Source of the DNA: Callorhinchus milii
Taxonomy: Eukaryota
Assembly (NCBI RefSeq): GCF_018977255.1
Contig: NW_024704743.1
Span: 115,012,001 to 115,076,000, forward strand
Direction: 5' to 3'
DNA length: 64,000 nt
Part shown: positions 62,786 through 64,000 of the stretch, piece by piece
Layout: the number at the start of each line of letters is the position of its first letter
Position numbering within the stretch: the first letter of the stretch is position 1
Notes under the pieces: generated by a model
Databases searched by the model: none
What the model was told of the DNA's origin: nothing
The model's input: the letters and a program-made list of their open reading frames with translations, nothing else
Made by a program: the position numbers and the translations under genes

Positions 62786-64000
62786 CTGTGGTATGGAATA
62801 AGCACAGAAACAGTGTAAGGGTTTAGAACTAAATAAATAAATTCATCCCACCAAACAAATCTGCTAATGATATGTATAACAACTATTCACGACTTGATTG
62901 TAACCTCCTTGTCTGCAACTTCTAATCTCATCTGCATTTTGTTTTTAATACTTTCACAACTTAACTCAGAGAATGGATTTATTATTCAAAATATTTTTGG
63001 TGCCCACTAAGTCGAAGCTTTAACAGTAACTAATATTTTAATTGGCTCCTAATAAATTAAAAGACCTGTGAGCAAGAGGTAGGAAAAAAGGATGTGGTGA
63101 AGCATTTTATGGATTATGTATAGTGGGACTCTTCTGTTTCAGCCAAATTCCTAATGGGGAGGGTGGACAAGGAGTAGGAACTTTGTCAGACATCTTAATG
63201 GCAAGATATGCAGTTTTAGCTGAGTAGACTCCAGCAATATCTCAACGCACACTCTGGGGATCTCTGTAATATTTATAAATCCAAAATACAGTTTAGATTC
63301 ACGAGTTTCTTTATTTAAAGCTTACACTTCCATTCTCTTCCACAATCTGCCCAGTCACTTTCCTAGAATGCTTTTATGCTTCCTTCTCATTGTCAACGTC
63401 CAATTGCCACATATCCAATTGCCACTTAACTCATTAAAGCAATATGCAACAATCTCCAACCATTTGCTGTTGCCAACCTGTGCCTAACACTCTCTGCAAT
63501 TAGATAATAGGGAATGTTCCTCCAGAGAGAGTGTGCAGACACAAGGAAATTTCCATGTGTAACATATATATGTGGAATTCTTAATCTAGTTTGGATACTC
63601 TTAACCATTGTGATGGGTTTCCACATGTGCCAGAAACCTGGCTGACCAAAAATAAATGAGTCTAATCTGCAGTATTTCTTAATGGGATTCTTCAATAGGA
63701 ATGGGCTGACTTCCCTGGCATTTTCCACAAACTTCCCCTCATCCAGATTTGTTCTCAAGAGCCAGAGAATGGGTCAAATTTCATTGTTGAATCAGCTAAG
63801 TAATGAGAGTTGAAGACTATAGGACTACAAAACAAGTCATGGTTCTTAGTATGAGAAACAATAGTCTAAGCAGAGAAAACAATTCTGTTTGCAAACTGTC
63901 TTTAAAAATGACAACTGTTGAGTGCATTTAGGTTTTTGTTCTGAGCATTAATATTTCACCTTTTTATACACTTAGAATTTTGTGTTTGTGGCACAGGCCC

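Overview
Vertebrate genomic DNA, AT-rich and dense in tRNA-derived and Deu-domain SINEs and L2/CR1 LINEs. The repeat landscape suggests a cartilaginous fish, but that is inference. The window carries the conserved block seen at human 8q13: PPP1R42/LRRC67 (+, six well-supported coding exons at 1471-10434 plus a tentative 3' end), the bHLH gene TCF24 (+, coding exons 35214-35639 and 38731-38841), a non-coding snoRNA host gene in the SNHG6 position (+, about 47.3-56.3 kb) and the last four coding exons of MCMDC2 (-, 58032-62785). The main feature is a tandem array of seven SNORD87/U87-like box C/D snoRNAs. It was built by duplicating exon-intron-snoRNA modules and shows birth and death: one module has lost its splice donor and its C box, and a 583-bp near-identical duplication is present. 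Other observations are strong AT-to-GC substitution bias in repeats next to two CpG islands (gBGC-like), a compact virus-like bidirectional ORF cassette in PPP1R42 intron 1, and a 201-bp inverted-repeat rearrangement at 20.5-22.8 kb. Gene identities rest on recalled protein similarity, splice-phase consistency and synteny; no database search was run.
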